A stretch of 63,984 bases of DNA, the filler included, from Thelocarpon superellum (lineage: Eukaryota), in NCBI GenBank assembly GCA_026025795.1. It is 3 parts of 3 records of this genome, joined end to end, with 100 filler letters (N's around TTAATTAATTAA, not from the genome) between each part and the next. Parts side by side here need not be neighbours in the genome. Positions count along the whole stretch, not along the records: positions 1 to 21,508 come from JAPEUG010000311.1; 2 more parts are not named here. One strand, 5' to 3'. Under the pieces are notes generated by a model. It did no database searches. It saw nothing but the letters and a program-made list of their open reading frames with translations, and was not told the DNA's origin. Each line of letters starts with the position of its first letter. The stretch's first letter is position 1. A program made the translations under genes and the position numbers. Positions 1 to 13,060 of this stretch are shown in pieces.

Positions 1-127
1 TCCGTCAGTCCGTCAGTCCGTCAGTCCGTCAGTCCGTCAGTCCGTCAGTCCGTCAGTCCGTCAGTCCGTCAGTCCGTCAGTCCGTCAGTCCGTCAGTCCG
101 TCAGTCCGTCAGTCCGTCAGTCCGTCA
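1..127. repeat. (TCCGTCAG)n 8-bp perfect tandem repeat, ~16 copies, running off the window start
   Basis: Directly visible. A short (TCAA)n run follows at ~137-159, up to the eIF3m stop codon. Confidence 0.97.
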
Positions 128-156
128 AGTCATCGATCAATCAATCAATCAATCAA

Positions 157-1705
157 TCAGTCGATCAAGCCCGACGACGTATCAATCTCTCTCTGCTGCG
201 GCGCGACGTAGCCCCGCCTCCCGCCACCACCGCCGCCGCCATTCACACCGCCCATGCCCATACCCCCCATGCCGCCTACCCTCGCATCGATCTCGCGGCC
301 CTCGCGGTCCTTGACGGCCTCGACGTGCTCGCGCTCGGCGCGAATGACGGTCAGCACGCCGCGCAGACTCTCACGCCACGTGTCGAGCCGCGAGGCGACC
401 TCGCGCCACTGCCGCTCGCCGAAGACCCGCGACGTGCTGCGGTGGATCAGCAGCGTCTGGGATTGCTGCGACAATTTCCCCTCGACCAGCCCCGCCCGGA
501 TCACATCAATCACCCACATTTCCACGTCTGCCGTCGGGATCTGTAGCGCCGAGGCAATCGAGGCGTATGGAAGACTGCGAGAAGGTGTAGAGGAGGCGAG
601 CGAGGCGAGCGTCAGGAGGCGCATCTTCCGGTGCAGGATTGACGGGTCCAGTGCCGCGCTGCTGAGGACATCGGTGCTGTGTTCCGACAGGAAGTCTTCG
701 TAGTCGTCGAGTTGTTTCGCGTTGAAGATCTCGAGGAGCTCAAAGTAGATTGGGGACGTCTTGCGCAGCGTTTGAATGGCGTCGAGCGACGTGAGGTCCT
801 GGAAGTCGAATTGGCTCGGGTTTGAGAGCGCCGCCTTCAACGCCCGCTGTGCCAACGTTTGACACGCGCTGCTGCTGCACTCATTGGAGTCAAAGGTCCG
901 GAGCGCCCGGAGGAGGTACAGATATGAGTCTCTGTGGAGGATTAGCAGGATGGAATATGTGAGAGACGAGAAGAAAGGGCACGCACTCTTCTTCTCCTGC
1001 GTCTTCGGCCACGTCGGCAATCTCCAGGAATAGCTTCCGTTGCTCTTCTTCGTCCGATTCCCACTCGGAGATCCACCGATTCATGTTCTTGAGCTGCGGT
1101 CTCAACGACTCGTACATGCCGCTGCGCTTGACCACGCTGAGAATGGCCAGAAAGACATGATACCGCGTGTCGTTGTCCGCTTGCATGATGTTGAAGATGG
1201 TCGTCAGGATGGCCAGCGCCATGCCCGGCCCGTTGGCCGACGAGGACGTGACGGGGTTTGAGAGGTTGGCGCAGACTTTGGGCAGGAACATGTTGAGGTT
1301 GGGCGATTGTCGAATGAGATGGACCAGCAGGTTGTACGCCGCGATGAATTCTGCGGAGACTTGTGCATCAGCCTGACCTGCCTCTTCGTCTCCGAGCATC
1401 GCAGTGTGGGCCGAAGAGAGATATGCTCGGGGACGAGATATGGTCTCATGGGCAGAGGCATGCTATGAGACGATAGGTCGGTACGCACCCTTTTCCGGCG
1501 CGGCGTTCAGCACCGCGCTGGCCGTCACCAATCTCTTGAGAGCCTCATCCTTTTGATTTTGTTCCAGCAGGCGCGACACCTCGCTTTGCACGCTCGGCTC
1601 TGTCTCGCTGTTGCTGGGCTTGACATTGTCGATGTATTGCGCCAGCTCCTCCGCAAGCTCCTCGAAGGGGCCTTCGATCAACAACGTGTTCGTAGGTCCC
1701 GGCAT
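157..1705 (-). CDS. eIF3m: Eukaryotic translation initiation factor 3 subunit M (PCI domain), 3 exons
   Basis: N-terminus MPGPTNTLLIEGPFEELAEELAQY; C-terminal PCI segment RKMRLLTLASLA...DVEMWVIDVIRAGLVEGKLSQ. Introns at ~1488-1351 (GTGCGT...CGCAG) and ~986-932 join ORFs 1463..1705, 890..1399 and 157..1020. Confidence 0.93.
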
Positions 1706-2060
1706 CGTCGTGGAGGTGAGGCTGGCCTGCGTGCTGCTGTCCCAGCAGTGAGAAACCGTCCGAGGATGGTACGTTAGGTCGGGTGTTCGCGATGGTCGCG
1801 AACTTTAGCCGACCCACAATGTGACTGCCCCACCAATAAATCGAGAACAATAAGACGCCGGGTCAAGGAGCAGAGAGGGCGGCATCACATGACCTGGACA
1901 CAAGGACCTGCCGTCCCACATGAATTCTTTCCACATCATATCGGTGGGACCACACCCCAACTTCTCATTTAATCCTACTACTCGAAGAATACAAAAGACC
2001 TTGTTTCCGCCCCATACTACGCTACCCAAGCACTCACACCAGGTCTGGTCTCGCAAGTTG

Positions 2061-4108
2061 TCATTCCCACTCCGCTCCGTTCAGGATGCCCCGGAGTATG
2101 GCACTTCCGATGCCTTCGACAGCCTCGGATAGCTCCTGTTCTCCGACGCAACTTGCCACGCGCTTCTCATCATCCTGACCGGCCCCGAAGCCGCGAGATT
2201 TGCTCTTCTTGCTCGGCGTGCTGAGACCCATGAAGGCGCCCGTCCGCCCATCTACAGCACTCACCAAGGACAGGGTCTCGAGACTCTCGACCACGTCTCG
2301 GAACTCGGTACTGGTGAGGGGATGAAGGACGGCGTCGCGCTTGCACAACGACGCGTAGGCGTCAAAGAGCGCGCGCACCGTGGGCGCGGCTCGATCCGCC
2401 TTGGATGGCGTGGCCAGGGTGTCGGCGCTCGATAATCGCTTGCGTTTCTCCAACACCATCAGCGCACACAAGGCCGCTTTCTGCTGGAGGTTCAACGATT
2501 GTAGTCGCTGCGCCGTCCCGTTGCCAAATGCCGCCGCCGCCACCCGACCGATGTGGGCGATGGTGACGCGTGGGGCCGTCTCCACCGTGAGCTTCTGCAG
2601 CGGGTCGTCTCTCGTCGGCGTCTTGGACTCGCGGTGAGGGGAGTGGTTCGAGGACTGAGTGGAAGCGGGCGAAGACAGGTTGGCATTCTCCATCAATGGT
2701 GCCTTTGTTGGGGTTGAAGCGCTGCCTTTTCCGTCGGCGTGGTATCTCTGTCGTGTCTCGCGCTCCACCAGGTCGACCGCACGTCGCGAGATTTCGTAGG
2801 CACGCCGTAGATCCCCCGTCTGGCTGGCGACTTTGCGGGCGCAGAGGTTGATCGCGGCCGGGTGGAAGAATGGGACGTAGTCGGGAGCCGTGATGGTGTC
2901 CGCACGCAGCAGCGACCGTAGTCGGGAGGTAAGAACGTTGTTGATCTGGGTTGCTGAGTACGGTAAGAATGGGAGCAGCTGGGGCTTGAGATTGCGCGTC
3001 TTCAGGCGCGGCAGAAAGCGATCGGTCAGGTCCAGGGCATTCGCAATGCCGACCAAGATCAGGCGCGTGGCCGGCTGGAGGGACCATTCGAACAGGGTAT
3101 AGAGGAGGTCCAGATCCACGGTCAAGAGGTGGTCGATCTCGTCGAGGATCACGATAACGCTTTGCCGGCCGCCCGTCTGGCTCACGCACATGTCCTTGAG
3201 CATCTCCATCCCGCCATCCTCTCCTGTTACACCGTCGCCACCCAGATCCTCCACGAGTTTCGCGTTCAGGTCGTCGCCGTTGCGGATGCTCATGCAGTTA
3301 ACGTAGGCGAGGCGTGTCGACGTCTTGAGCGCCAATTCCTGGCATACTTCGTTGACCAACGCGCTCTTACCGGTCCCCGGAGGACCGCTCACGTAGATAG
3401 CGCCGCCCGACCAGGTCTCGACCCGGGTATGAATGAACTGGCGGAGCTCACTTCTCTCCTCCTCGCGTCCGACCAGCCGACCGGGGTTGCTGTTCCGTAC
3501 GAAGAGCTGGCGCGCCACATTGTACACGCTGGGGTTGGACGTCGAGGGGGTGCGCGGAGTGCGAGGCGTCCACGGCTTGCCAATCGGCGTAACCCGGCGG
3601 CGTGGAGTGATGGGAACTTTTCCCGCGGTCACGTCGCGATAGCGCGGCGTCTGCGGGGTGTGTGGGAGGAGATTGACGTTCTCCTTGGCCTTTTCTTCGG
3701 GCTTCGGCGAGAGGATCTTGCACGACTTGAAGTGCGTATTGATCTTGGTCGGTGACAGGGCCACCCAACTGCTGCCGTTGTGTGATTCACTCGGCGTGGC
3801 AACTCGCCGACCTTTCCTGGGTGTCTTGACCGCGGCCGGGCTCAGCTCATCCACATCGTCGGCCGTATAGCCACGGCGGGCGATGACAAATGGGTTCTCG
3901 TTCTCGTCATTGGCCTTGGACCTGCTGGCCGGACACGTGAGGAGGCGACGTTTAGCCCGCCACGCCCGAGGGGTCGCAGTCGGCGCCGCTAGACTGTGGA
4001 TGAGCAACGGACGTGACAGGAAGCGTCGTCGGGGCGCCACGTACCTGAGGTCCTTTCCGACGTCCATTCCAACGTCCTGCTCCGTTTGCCCAGCACGGAA
4101 GACGCCAT
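2061..4108 (-). CDS. cdc6: Cell division control protein Cdc6/Cdc18 (AAA+ replication licensing ATPase)
   Basis: Walker A YVSGPPGTGKS, Walker B VILDEIDHL, LVGIANALDLTDRFLPRL, GDLRRA, and many N-terminal TP CDK sites. Likely ATG at 4108 (MASSVLGKRSR), with a GTACGT...CACAG intron at ~4044-3994. Confidence 0.95.
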
Positions 4109-4626
4109 CGCGGAGGAGACGAGGAGGTGCGAGAGTACCACGGTGGAGGAGGGGAAGACGAGGAGGGCGCGACGGGCCACAGACGGAGAGAGGAGGAGGC
4201 TTCGATCGGCCTGGGGGGGGGAAGAATTGATGGGGTGAAGATGAAGATAGTGGTGGAGGTGGTGGTGGGGGGACAAAGATGCAGGCGCGTGTTAGAGGTG
4301 TAGGAGTACATGAGTACCCGTCCTGCGGTACGGAGGCCTCGACCGCGTGTCAACAGAACGCGACTGCACGCGACGTGTTGAGCGCTAACCACTTTCGGGG
4401 ATAATTGATGGCCTCCACGCGTGGTGGCAATTTACACCTACGGCGTACGAAGCCAGCCTCATCCGTACTTTTCCTCGCCACGCAGATTGAGATCGTAACT
4501 GTCACCGAATGCTGCACGTTATCTGGCTCGTCACTGTCCACATTTCTCTACCCGCTCGGAGTTCAAGAGGAATGATTGGATGGCTTGTAGATGGGTGATG
4601 TAAATGGATGTATCCACAGAAAAGGC

Positions 4627-7600
4627 TCAACGCCCAAAGTCAAGGCAGGGAATGACCACGGGTCCATACTGCGCCGTGTTTGCATACGGACCCTCCCCTT
4701 GAACCACAAAATTCACTCCCAAACTCAGCTGATTCTTGCCCGGCGCTCCCGCCCCCCCAAGGAGTCCTGCGTGGTTGACTTTCTCGGGATCGTACGCCAC
4801 AAAGGCCGTGTAGTTTCGTCGGCCCATCAGACGCTTGCTTTCGCGCTCTCGCCCGTCGGCGTCCTGGGCGAAGACCTCGAGCATGTCCTCCTTGGTGTCG
4901 GACACGGCATTGGAGGTGCGGTGCCCATTGGCCGGCACGTACAGCGCCTTGTTGCTCGTCTGGAGCAGCTTGAGCACGTACGGCGGCGGGGGCGCCGACA
5001 CCACCGCGGACGAGATGATCTGGTACATCGTCTTGTGGTCGCCGGGATGCGCCGGGTCGTGCACCAGTCCCGCCCCGGCGCAGTTGACCGCGCCCGAGAG
5101 GAAGGTCATGCGGATGTTGCGCTGATGGGCGATGCCCTGCAGCGTCCGGATGAGGTAGGTCCGTTCGAGGTCCTGCCATGCGTCAGTCACGGCGGGAGGC
5201 GAGTACGCCGGGCGGCCGGCAGGGGGGGGGGGGTCTCACCTTGGATTCATGCGTCCACATGTCCCGGAGCTCGTCCAGCATGTCGATATCACCAAAGGGG
5301 CTCAGGATGCCATTCATCAAGCCGGACTTGCCCACGGCCTTCTTGACCGCGGAGAAGCCTTCGCCCACCACCGTCTTAGCCCCCACCACGCCCGCCACCG
5401 AGCTCGTCACCTTGCCCAGCACGTTGTACGCGCCCGTCACCGCCTTCTTCCCCGAGGCCAGCGTGTTGGCCACGCTCTCGGCCGCGTCCAGGCGCGGGTA
5501 GATAATGGGCACGGAGATCATCCAGAGGCAATGCTGCACCGTCGACGGCAGCGTCGCCACCTTGGGGAAGATGCCTTGGTACGTCGGCCCCGCCATGACC
5601 TGGTGCGGGTTGCGCTCCGACCGACAGTCCGGCCCCACGACCACGACGGCCGGGCCCAGGTACTTGAGGAAGTGCCAGCCCGTGCCCGTGATGCTGAACA
5701 GATCCTGGTCGGAGTTGACGTTGCGCAGGATCTCGAGCGTCGTGTGGTGCTGGAAAAGCAGGTACGTCTCGATGCCGATGCGCCCGATGTTCTTGAACAT
5801 GTTGGAGAACTGCATGTACTCGGGATAGGAGCCAAAGCCGTCGAAGATGTCGTGGTCGTCGATCTGCAGCACGTGGGGAATCTGGGCAAAGGCCTCGCGC
5901 AGGTGCGGCTGGTCGAAGTGGCTGGTGTAGTAGTGAAAGTAGGCGTGCGACACGTCCTCCTCATGCTTGGCCGTCCACACCGCGTTCTTGCGGTTCTCCT
6001 TGCCGCTGACGACGAGCCACTGCTTCAGCAGCGGCACCTCCTTCCACAGCCGGTCGGCGTAGATCTGGTCGCCCAGCCCGAGCTGGGCGTGGAAGCCACC
6101 ACATTCCACGTGCTTCTGTATGATGTCCTTCCACATGAATCCCACCCCACCGAGCCGCTGCCGCTCGTTGGCGTTGATGCCGAGGGAGAAGTCGTTGCCC
6201 GAGTGCGCGATGAAACGCCAGTTAGTGTCGAAGCGGCCGGCCACCAGGAACTCATAGCGCGTGCAGCCGAGGTGCGAGGTGATGGCGTACGTCCAGCGCG
6301 TGCCCTCGGCGTCGTCGAGCATCTGGAGGTCGATGTCGTAGCGGTAGAAGATCCAGCGCTGGTGGGTGTGGATCGGATTGGCCTTGAGCTGCCGCGGATT
6401 CGGCGAGAGGTCCGCGCTCTGGTGGAGGTGGATCGTCGGCGGCTGCGGCGCGTCGGTCACGAGCAAGATGGAGCCCAGCCACAGGCCGTGCTCGACGTCC
6501 ATGTTGGTGTAGCGGAGGTAGGGGCCAAAGTACACCCCGTTGGTCGGCGCCACCCGATACATCTCCACTCCGGCCACCGGCGGGGGCCCAGTGAAGCCGG
6601 CGGCCGCGGTCGTGCCCGTGCTTATGCTCATGATGCTCTCCGAGTACCCGGGCGTCATGGGAGCCATGCCCGGCGACGCCAGCGGCTTGCCTCCGTACAC
6701 GCTGAGGCTGGGCGAGACCAAGCCAAGCGCGCCGTGCGTGCTGAGCGTGGGCGACTGCGGCTCCGTCAGATTCAGAGGCGTGGGGCCCTTGGGAAACTCC
6801 CACTGGGTGGACTGCGTGGGGAGGTGAATGTAGTAATATTGTCCCGAGTTGGGATCGAGATGGGAGATCCACCCTTCCGGGAGCGGCGGCGGCGAGGTCG
6901 GCAGCACCTCCGACGGTCCCGCGGCGGTAGCTGCGGCGGATGGTCCGGCGGCGCTAGGCCCAGGAGCGGCCGCAGCGCCGGGTCCCGGTTGAGGAGAAGT
7001 GGTCTCAGGACGGGGGTCATTGGCGAATGCGGGATGCTCGGCGCCCGGGACCTGGCCCGCCGTCGACCCCGGCGGGCTGGTCGCGACCGCGGTAGCCGTC
7101 GCCGCGGCAGCGGCTCCGGCAGCGACACCGGCTCCGGCACCGGCTCCGGCTCCGGGCTTCTCGCTCAGACGACCTGCGGCCGCGGCCTGCGCGCCGAGCG
7201 TCAGGCTAGAGTATGCAGGCGGCGGTGAGGCCGACACGTGCATGCGTTGAAAGTCTTGTTCCAGGTGCTGTGGGCTCGCCGCGGCGCCGGGCGTGCCGGC
7301 GGCCGCGGCTTGGCCGGTGTTGGGCCCGCCCGATTCGCCGGAGCCTTGATAGACGGTCGGTGGGCCAAAGGGCTGGCTGCCGGGCAGCTCGGTGGGGGTC
7401 CAGGGTCGTTGCGCCACTTCGGAGGTGGCGTTCGGGCCCGGATCGCCCAACCGCGCGCCGGGCTGGGCGTACTGGTTGGCGCGTTGCGTGGCGGCAGCAT
7501 TCTGCGCTTGGAGCCTGCTGAGCGTGGCGGTACCGGCAATGCCGGCGGCGGCATAGCGGGCCTCGATGTCGGCGACGGATCCTCCCGCGCCGGGCCCCAG

Positions 7601-8260
7601 GATGGGCGTTTCCGGCGGTGGAGGCGAGCCACGCTGGGCCTTGGTGGTCGAGGTCGATGCCGTCGAGCTGATCCGGTTGACCGTCGTGGGGCGCGGCGCC
7701 GCCAGACCGCCGCCGGTCGTGGCGTTGCTCGCCGAGGCGGCGCCGGGCGGTGGAAAGTACTGCAGACGGTAGTCGGCGGCCTGGTCATCGGCGATGGCTT
7801 GGCCCGCGCGGAGGGGCGTTTTGGCGAACAGACCATCCCGGTCGGGGACGTCAGGAGAGACCGCGTCGGTTCGTGAGCCTGAGCCCGATCCCGGCTTTCG
7901 TCGATCGGCGCCATGCGTGCCCACGTCGTAGTTCCCCGGCGTTGGCCCCGGCGACGCATATCGGTCCGGGCCATCGTCGTCCGGTGGCGGTGAGACCGAG
8001 TGCGGGCTCTGGGAGGATTGATACGGTGATTGCGTGCGCCGGGTCGAGGACGCATCGTCCGGATAGGGTAGCGGCACGGCGGAACTGGACGCCCCGGGCG
8101 GGAGCGGAAAGGAAGGCTGAGAGGCGGAGGCGAAGCTATGTTCGCTCGACAGTGAGCCATGCTTGCTGATCCGGAGCGGCTCGACGGTCGGCGTCACGGG
8201 TGCGGCGGCCGGATTCTGGATGAACATCTCTTCCTCGGGCTTGCCCTGGCGATTGAACAT
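4627..8260 (-). CDS. WW-domain plus PhoD-like metallophosphatase domain protein
   Basis: WW motif PPLPEGWISHLDPNSGQYYYIHLPTQSTQWEFP; PhoD-type motifs LGDQIYAD and DDHDIFDGFGSY. ATG at 8260 (MFNRQGK). An intron at ~5239-5173 (GTGAG...GGCAG) joins the 4627..5190 ORF (FLSGAVNC). Confidence 0.85.
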
Positions 8261-9417
8261 GGTGATGGCGAGGCGGGGCGCGGCGGGGCGAAGCGCACCG
8301 CAGGATGTAGAAGGGCAGACGCACACGGTAGCCGGACGATCGACGACCGCCCAGGTGGAAGGGAGACGAGTGACAATGGCAGGGAGGCAGCGAACTTCTG
8401 TCAGAGGGCCAGGCACCGGCGAGGCGGATCGCGGTCAGCGTGCGTGGAGTGGAGGATCGTAGATGTTGCGACGAGCTATTTGTAGGGTCAAGCTGCGGCA
8501 GATCGGCAGAGGGGAGCCTCAGTCGGAGACGAGTGCGGCTGCAGTGCCAGGGCGACCATGTGCTGGGGCTCGCTGCTCGCTGCGGGCTGCGGGCTGCTGG
8601 CTGCTCACTACTGTCGGTTCAGTCTGACGCGGCAGGATGGGGGACGAGGGCATGGGGGGCGGGGGTGCCACTGGCTAGAGCTACGGGGGAGGGGTGATTG
8701 CTGAGTGGTCCGGGCCACGGCGGGCGCGGATTGGTCGGCGAGGCCAGAAACGAGCGTCGCGGGCGCTTACGGCGATGCGTGCCTGATCTCGCTCGAGCTA
8801 TTCTACCGGTCGTGGGGTCCGACGACGCATAGCATCCGCCACGAGGCCTCCACTAGGATTGTCTCGACTGCGGTCGTGCCGCGAACTGCAGCCGATGCAG
8901 GTCGAAGAGACTACCTAGGCCACGAAGCGCGCGTAGAGAGCCGACTAAACCGTGGCGTTGGCCTCATCCACTGGGAGACGCCGTGCGGCGCGGTCTGCCA
9001 GCTGGGTGACGGCGAGTGGTGAAAGACGTGGGGACCGTGCAGCGACCGGCGTGGCGTGGCCCCTCGTGGCGAGTATCGTGGCCGGGCAGCTTGGCGGATG
9101 CGAGGCTGTCGTTTGGCGCCAGGCGAGGAATCCTCCCCAGGCGATTTGACCGGCGTCTCTCTTACCTCACGCGCATACTGCTCGTACGGGCCAGATCTAG
9201 AGCTGGGCGCACATGGTGGTAAACTCCCAACAAGCGCCTCATGGACGCGAGGACGCGAGGAGAGACCTCGCTCCCCTTGGATTGCGCGGTCACATTGCGC
9301 CAGGTCGGTGTCGAAGGACGGTGTACTACAATTACGGTACCGGAGAAGAGACGATGCCACCGCGTCGTCCCAAGTAACCAACCCAACCAACGTGAAACAC
9401 CCTTCCCATCACCACCC

Positions 9418-11697
9418 CTAGCTACCTCGACCCTTCCGCTTCCGCTTGGCCGCGGTGAGCTTGGCGTCCGGAACGTAGCGGCTGCCCTCATCTCCGGAAA
9501 AGTCGGCGAATAGGGCCTGGTCTCCTTTCCCACCCAGCTTCATGAACTCGGCTGGATCACGGTCGGCGTCCGGGTCGGGCTCCTTGTGCGCCCCCCGCTT
9601 GTTCGGGCTCCCCGGGCCGGGCACCTGACTCGGGTTCTTCTCAAAGACCTTGATCGGCGCGCGGTCGGCCTCGGCGTCGATGACGCGCGCCACGCGCACC
9701 TCGTTGAGGTCGCGAAGTAGCGTGCGCTCGCGATGCATCTTGCGTTTGGCGAAGTCGAGCGAGCCCATGGCCCCAGTCAAGCCGTCGGTGCTGTCCTGTG
9801 AGTTGACCCCGACGGCCGCCTGCGTCATCCACGGGTGCGCCAGGCACTCGTCGATCGTGTACCGCTCCTCCACCGGCACCTTCAGCATGTGGTCGATGAG
9901 GTCCAGAGCCGGGTCACCGACGGCATCCCAGTAGGGCGTGGGATAGTCGAATTTGCCCATCCTGATCTGCTGTGCGAGCGTGTAGGGGTGCTCCGGCGTG
10001 TTCAGCTCATCCGAAAAGGGCGGAAAGCCGCACAGGCAGATGTACAGCACCACGCCTAGCGACCACACGTCCACGGCGCGGGTGTACTTGCGATGGTTGG
10101 AGTCCTCTAGGATCTCCGGCGCCACGTAGCTAGGGGTGCCACACAGCGTCGTGGTGAAGGACTGCTCGCCGATGATCTTGGCCAAGCCAAAGTCCGCCAC
10201 CTTGACCATCAGGTCCTTGTCGACCAGCAGGATATTCTCGGGCTTGATGTCGCGGTGCACGATCCCACGCTCATGCTGCATCCAGCGTCAGTCACGGGAG
10301 GGCCGGAACGTGGGGACGCGCGGTCGGCTCACCAAGTACTTGATGCCTTGGAAGAGCTGGACGAAGATCTTGCGCGTTTCATCCTCGCTGAGCTTGCCCT
10401 TCATGACGATCCAGTTGAAGAGCTCGCCCTCGGGCGCCAGCTCGAGCACCAGATAGACGCCGTCGTCCTCATCAAACGTGTCCTTGAGACACAGCATGTT
10501 CGGATGGCTCACGCCCATCAGCACCGCGATCTCCTGCTGTAGCCCGTCCATCTTGGGCTTGTCCTCGGGCCCTGGGCGCTTGCTGAACACCTTGACCGCG
10601 AACTTGGTCCCGCTCGACTTCTCTGCGCAGAGGTAGACGGTGGCAAAGTGTCCCTTGCCCAACGGCTGCAAGAGCGTGTAGTGCTGGAAGAAGGCGCCGG
10701 TTTTGCGGTGCTGCGGGTAGCGGAAGGTGAAGCGGGCTTCGTTGAGCAGCGTGATCTCGTCCAGGTCCTTCAGCTGACGCCGTTTGTTCCGGCCGACGAC
10801 CGCCTCGTTGATGAAGGTGCCGTTGCTGGAGAGGTCCTCCAGCATGGCCACGACCTTACCGTGCGAGTTCTCGGGAAAGAGCAGGCAGTGGCGGTTGGAG
10901 ATGGTGGGGAAATCAATGATGCGATCTATTGCCGTCAGATTGGGGGACTCGCCACGCGCGCCGACCCGGTCTCTCGGTACGTACCACACTCCGGATGCCG
11001 GCCCAGCAGGTATCCGCTGGAGGCTACGCCCCTGACCTTGCCCTCCTCGTAGCGTTCCTCATCGCCCAGGAAGTCCTCGGTCTTCCCCCGCTTCCGCGAC
11101 TTGCCGGGCTTGCTTGGCGCGCCCGGCACACCGGACTCTTGACTGAGGTCAGAGACGGAGCGGGGAAGCGGACAGGCGGTCCGCTTCTTCAACGCCAGGG
11201 TCTCGCCCACGCCAGGGCTTAAGGGGAGCAGGTAGCCCCACACGCCCTGGGCCTCCTCGTCGGCCAGCTCGTAGCCTTCGTTGCGGGGTGGGTAGACAAA
11301 CTGCGACATCACCTGCGTGTCTTGGGGCGGAGACGACATGACGGGGGACGGAGGGGAGGCCATGACGGGATAGTGACGGATCTGGCTGGGACGGCCCTCG
11401 GGAGGCGTGGCCGTGCCCTCTTTCCACTCCTCGGTCACGGTGGATTCGTGGTGGGTGACGGGCGAGGGCAGATGTGCCTTCTTATCTAGCGGCGTGTCCA
11501 GCTGTGAGCTGAGCCGCTGCGAGCGGCGAGGTTTCTTGGACCCCGACTCAGCGTCGCCGGCGGACGGCTGGGGGAAAGGTCAGCATTCGATCGTGATGGT
11601 GGTCGTCGTGGCCGTAGGCACTGCACGCTGCGCAGAGTCGCTGGGGGGGACTGACCAATCCGCGCTTCAATTGACTCTTCTCCGCATGGGGAGCCAT
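9418..11697 (-). CDS. chk2: FHA-domain Ser/Thr checkpoint kinase (Chk2/Cds1/Dun1 family), multi-exon
   Basis: FHA motifs YLLGRHPECD, ISNRHC and DLSSNGTFIN; kinase motifs LGKGHFATV, FAVK, HRDIKPEN, DFG, GTPSYVAPE and DVWSLG; TQ/SQ sites (QDTQVMSQ). The start at ~11697 (MAPHAEKSQLKR) is inferred across an intron. Confidence 0.9.
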
Positions 11698-12685
11698 GCT
11701 GGGCACACCTGTCGCCGTAACGGGCGGACGGTGGGGGGACGATGGGACGTACGTCAATCGTGACTTCGCGCACAGCCCAAGCAAGGAGGTTGGCCACACC
11801 TCGATAGGTGCACAGGAGTCCAAGATTTGTCTGCCTGCAGCAGTGCCCGCGCGCCGTACCGCGTCTGTCACTAGCTCGGCAGAGAGCACGAAGTCCTCGT
11901 AGGAAGGGCAAGCTACCTCCTTGTCCTACCAAAGTCACTGCCGAGTCATGTACGAAGTACTTTTCCGTCGTAGACGAATACGAGCTCCCGTCGTACTTCG
12001 TGTCGTCTCTGGACGCGAGACTCTCGCAGGGTTACCGGCGCTGGGCTGGGTTCCTGTGCTTGGGGTGCCTGAAGGTCCCTAGCAAGCCGGCCTCTGGCCG
12101 GAACAGTCTTTTTGGTAGTCCCTCCTTAGCCAAGCCACACTCCCCGCTCCACCATCACTTGAGCCTCTGCTTCACATGACCGCTTAACAGGCGGAGCTTC
12201 CCTCCCAGGTCTTCCCAGGGACGATTGTCGTCACCTGGTCTTCCTGGCTGTGAAAATCCCTGGTTGCTCAAATCAAGTCCGTCCCGAACCCCCTCTATCG
12301 GCCACTTCATCAGATCGACTCTCTACGCCGAGATGCTCCTTGGCGGCCGACTGCGTGGGCTCGAGGCGAGGGAGGGGGCCAGATAAAGATGTAGAGGTGC
12401 CGCGTCAAGACAAGCACGCGACGACGGCAGCAATTGCGGCAAGAGTGCCTCGGGGATCCTCGACCTGGACGGTGTGCAACCCGAGCTCCTTGGCGGGATA
12501 GTCGTTACCGCCTGGGAAGACGGCGTCGCCAACGAACATGATCTGCTCGAGCGGGATGCCGCTGGCGTCACCAAGCCTCTCGAGGCCCTATCTCCAGTCG
12601 ACACCCTGCTACGAACTGTCGTTGGAGGTAGTCCCGCCCTTGTTGATCGACAGCTCGTGCAGCCGCTTGCGAAGGTCAGCCTGGA

Positions 12686-13060
12686 TCACCTTGCGCTTGG
12701 CGAGATCAGAATCCCAACTGAGTTTCTCGGAGATGGGGGCCTGCTGGCCGAGAGCCGAGGAGGTGATCTGATTGCATCGGTGACGATGCTGATGGCCGAA
12801 ACCGAGTAGATGAGCGTCCATCCATCAATACACCCACCCGCGCCACTCTCATCCCAGAAGTATTGCAGGGGCACACAACTGAGCATGTTTGTTGCAACCC
12901 TGCCGATGAACGTTGCCGTCAGGAAAGCTGTCTGGACATTCACCAACTAGTGGCACTCTTCAATGGGAAAGATGCGATGGTAAAAGGCCAGGATCCTGGT
13001 CTTAAAGACACCCAACATGACAATATAGATCACGTCAATGGCACATCCCTTTCGCCAGAT
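12686..13060 (-). pseudogene. Decayed PTH11-like (fungal rhodopsin-domain) integral membrane gene fragment
   Basis: Fragments in different frames read IYIVMLGVFKTRILAFYHRIFP and MLSCVPLQYFWDESGAGGCIDGWTLIYSVSAISIVTDAI, which match the family's K-SIL-Y-RIF and C-P-W-C-D motifs. There is no continuous frame. Confidence 0.65.

Noticed and set aside
1..127. Telomeric repeat
   Set aside because: The unit is not TTAGGG-like and it sits directly beside an essential gene with no subtelomeric features. It cannot be fully excluded without the neighbouring sequence.
5249..7228. 659-aa plus-strand ORF, and similar long antisense ORFs (52096-53130, 53883-54812, 59275-60477)
   Set aside because: They are shadow ORFs opposite real genes, caused by high GC3 codon bias, and show no protein-like motifs.
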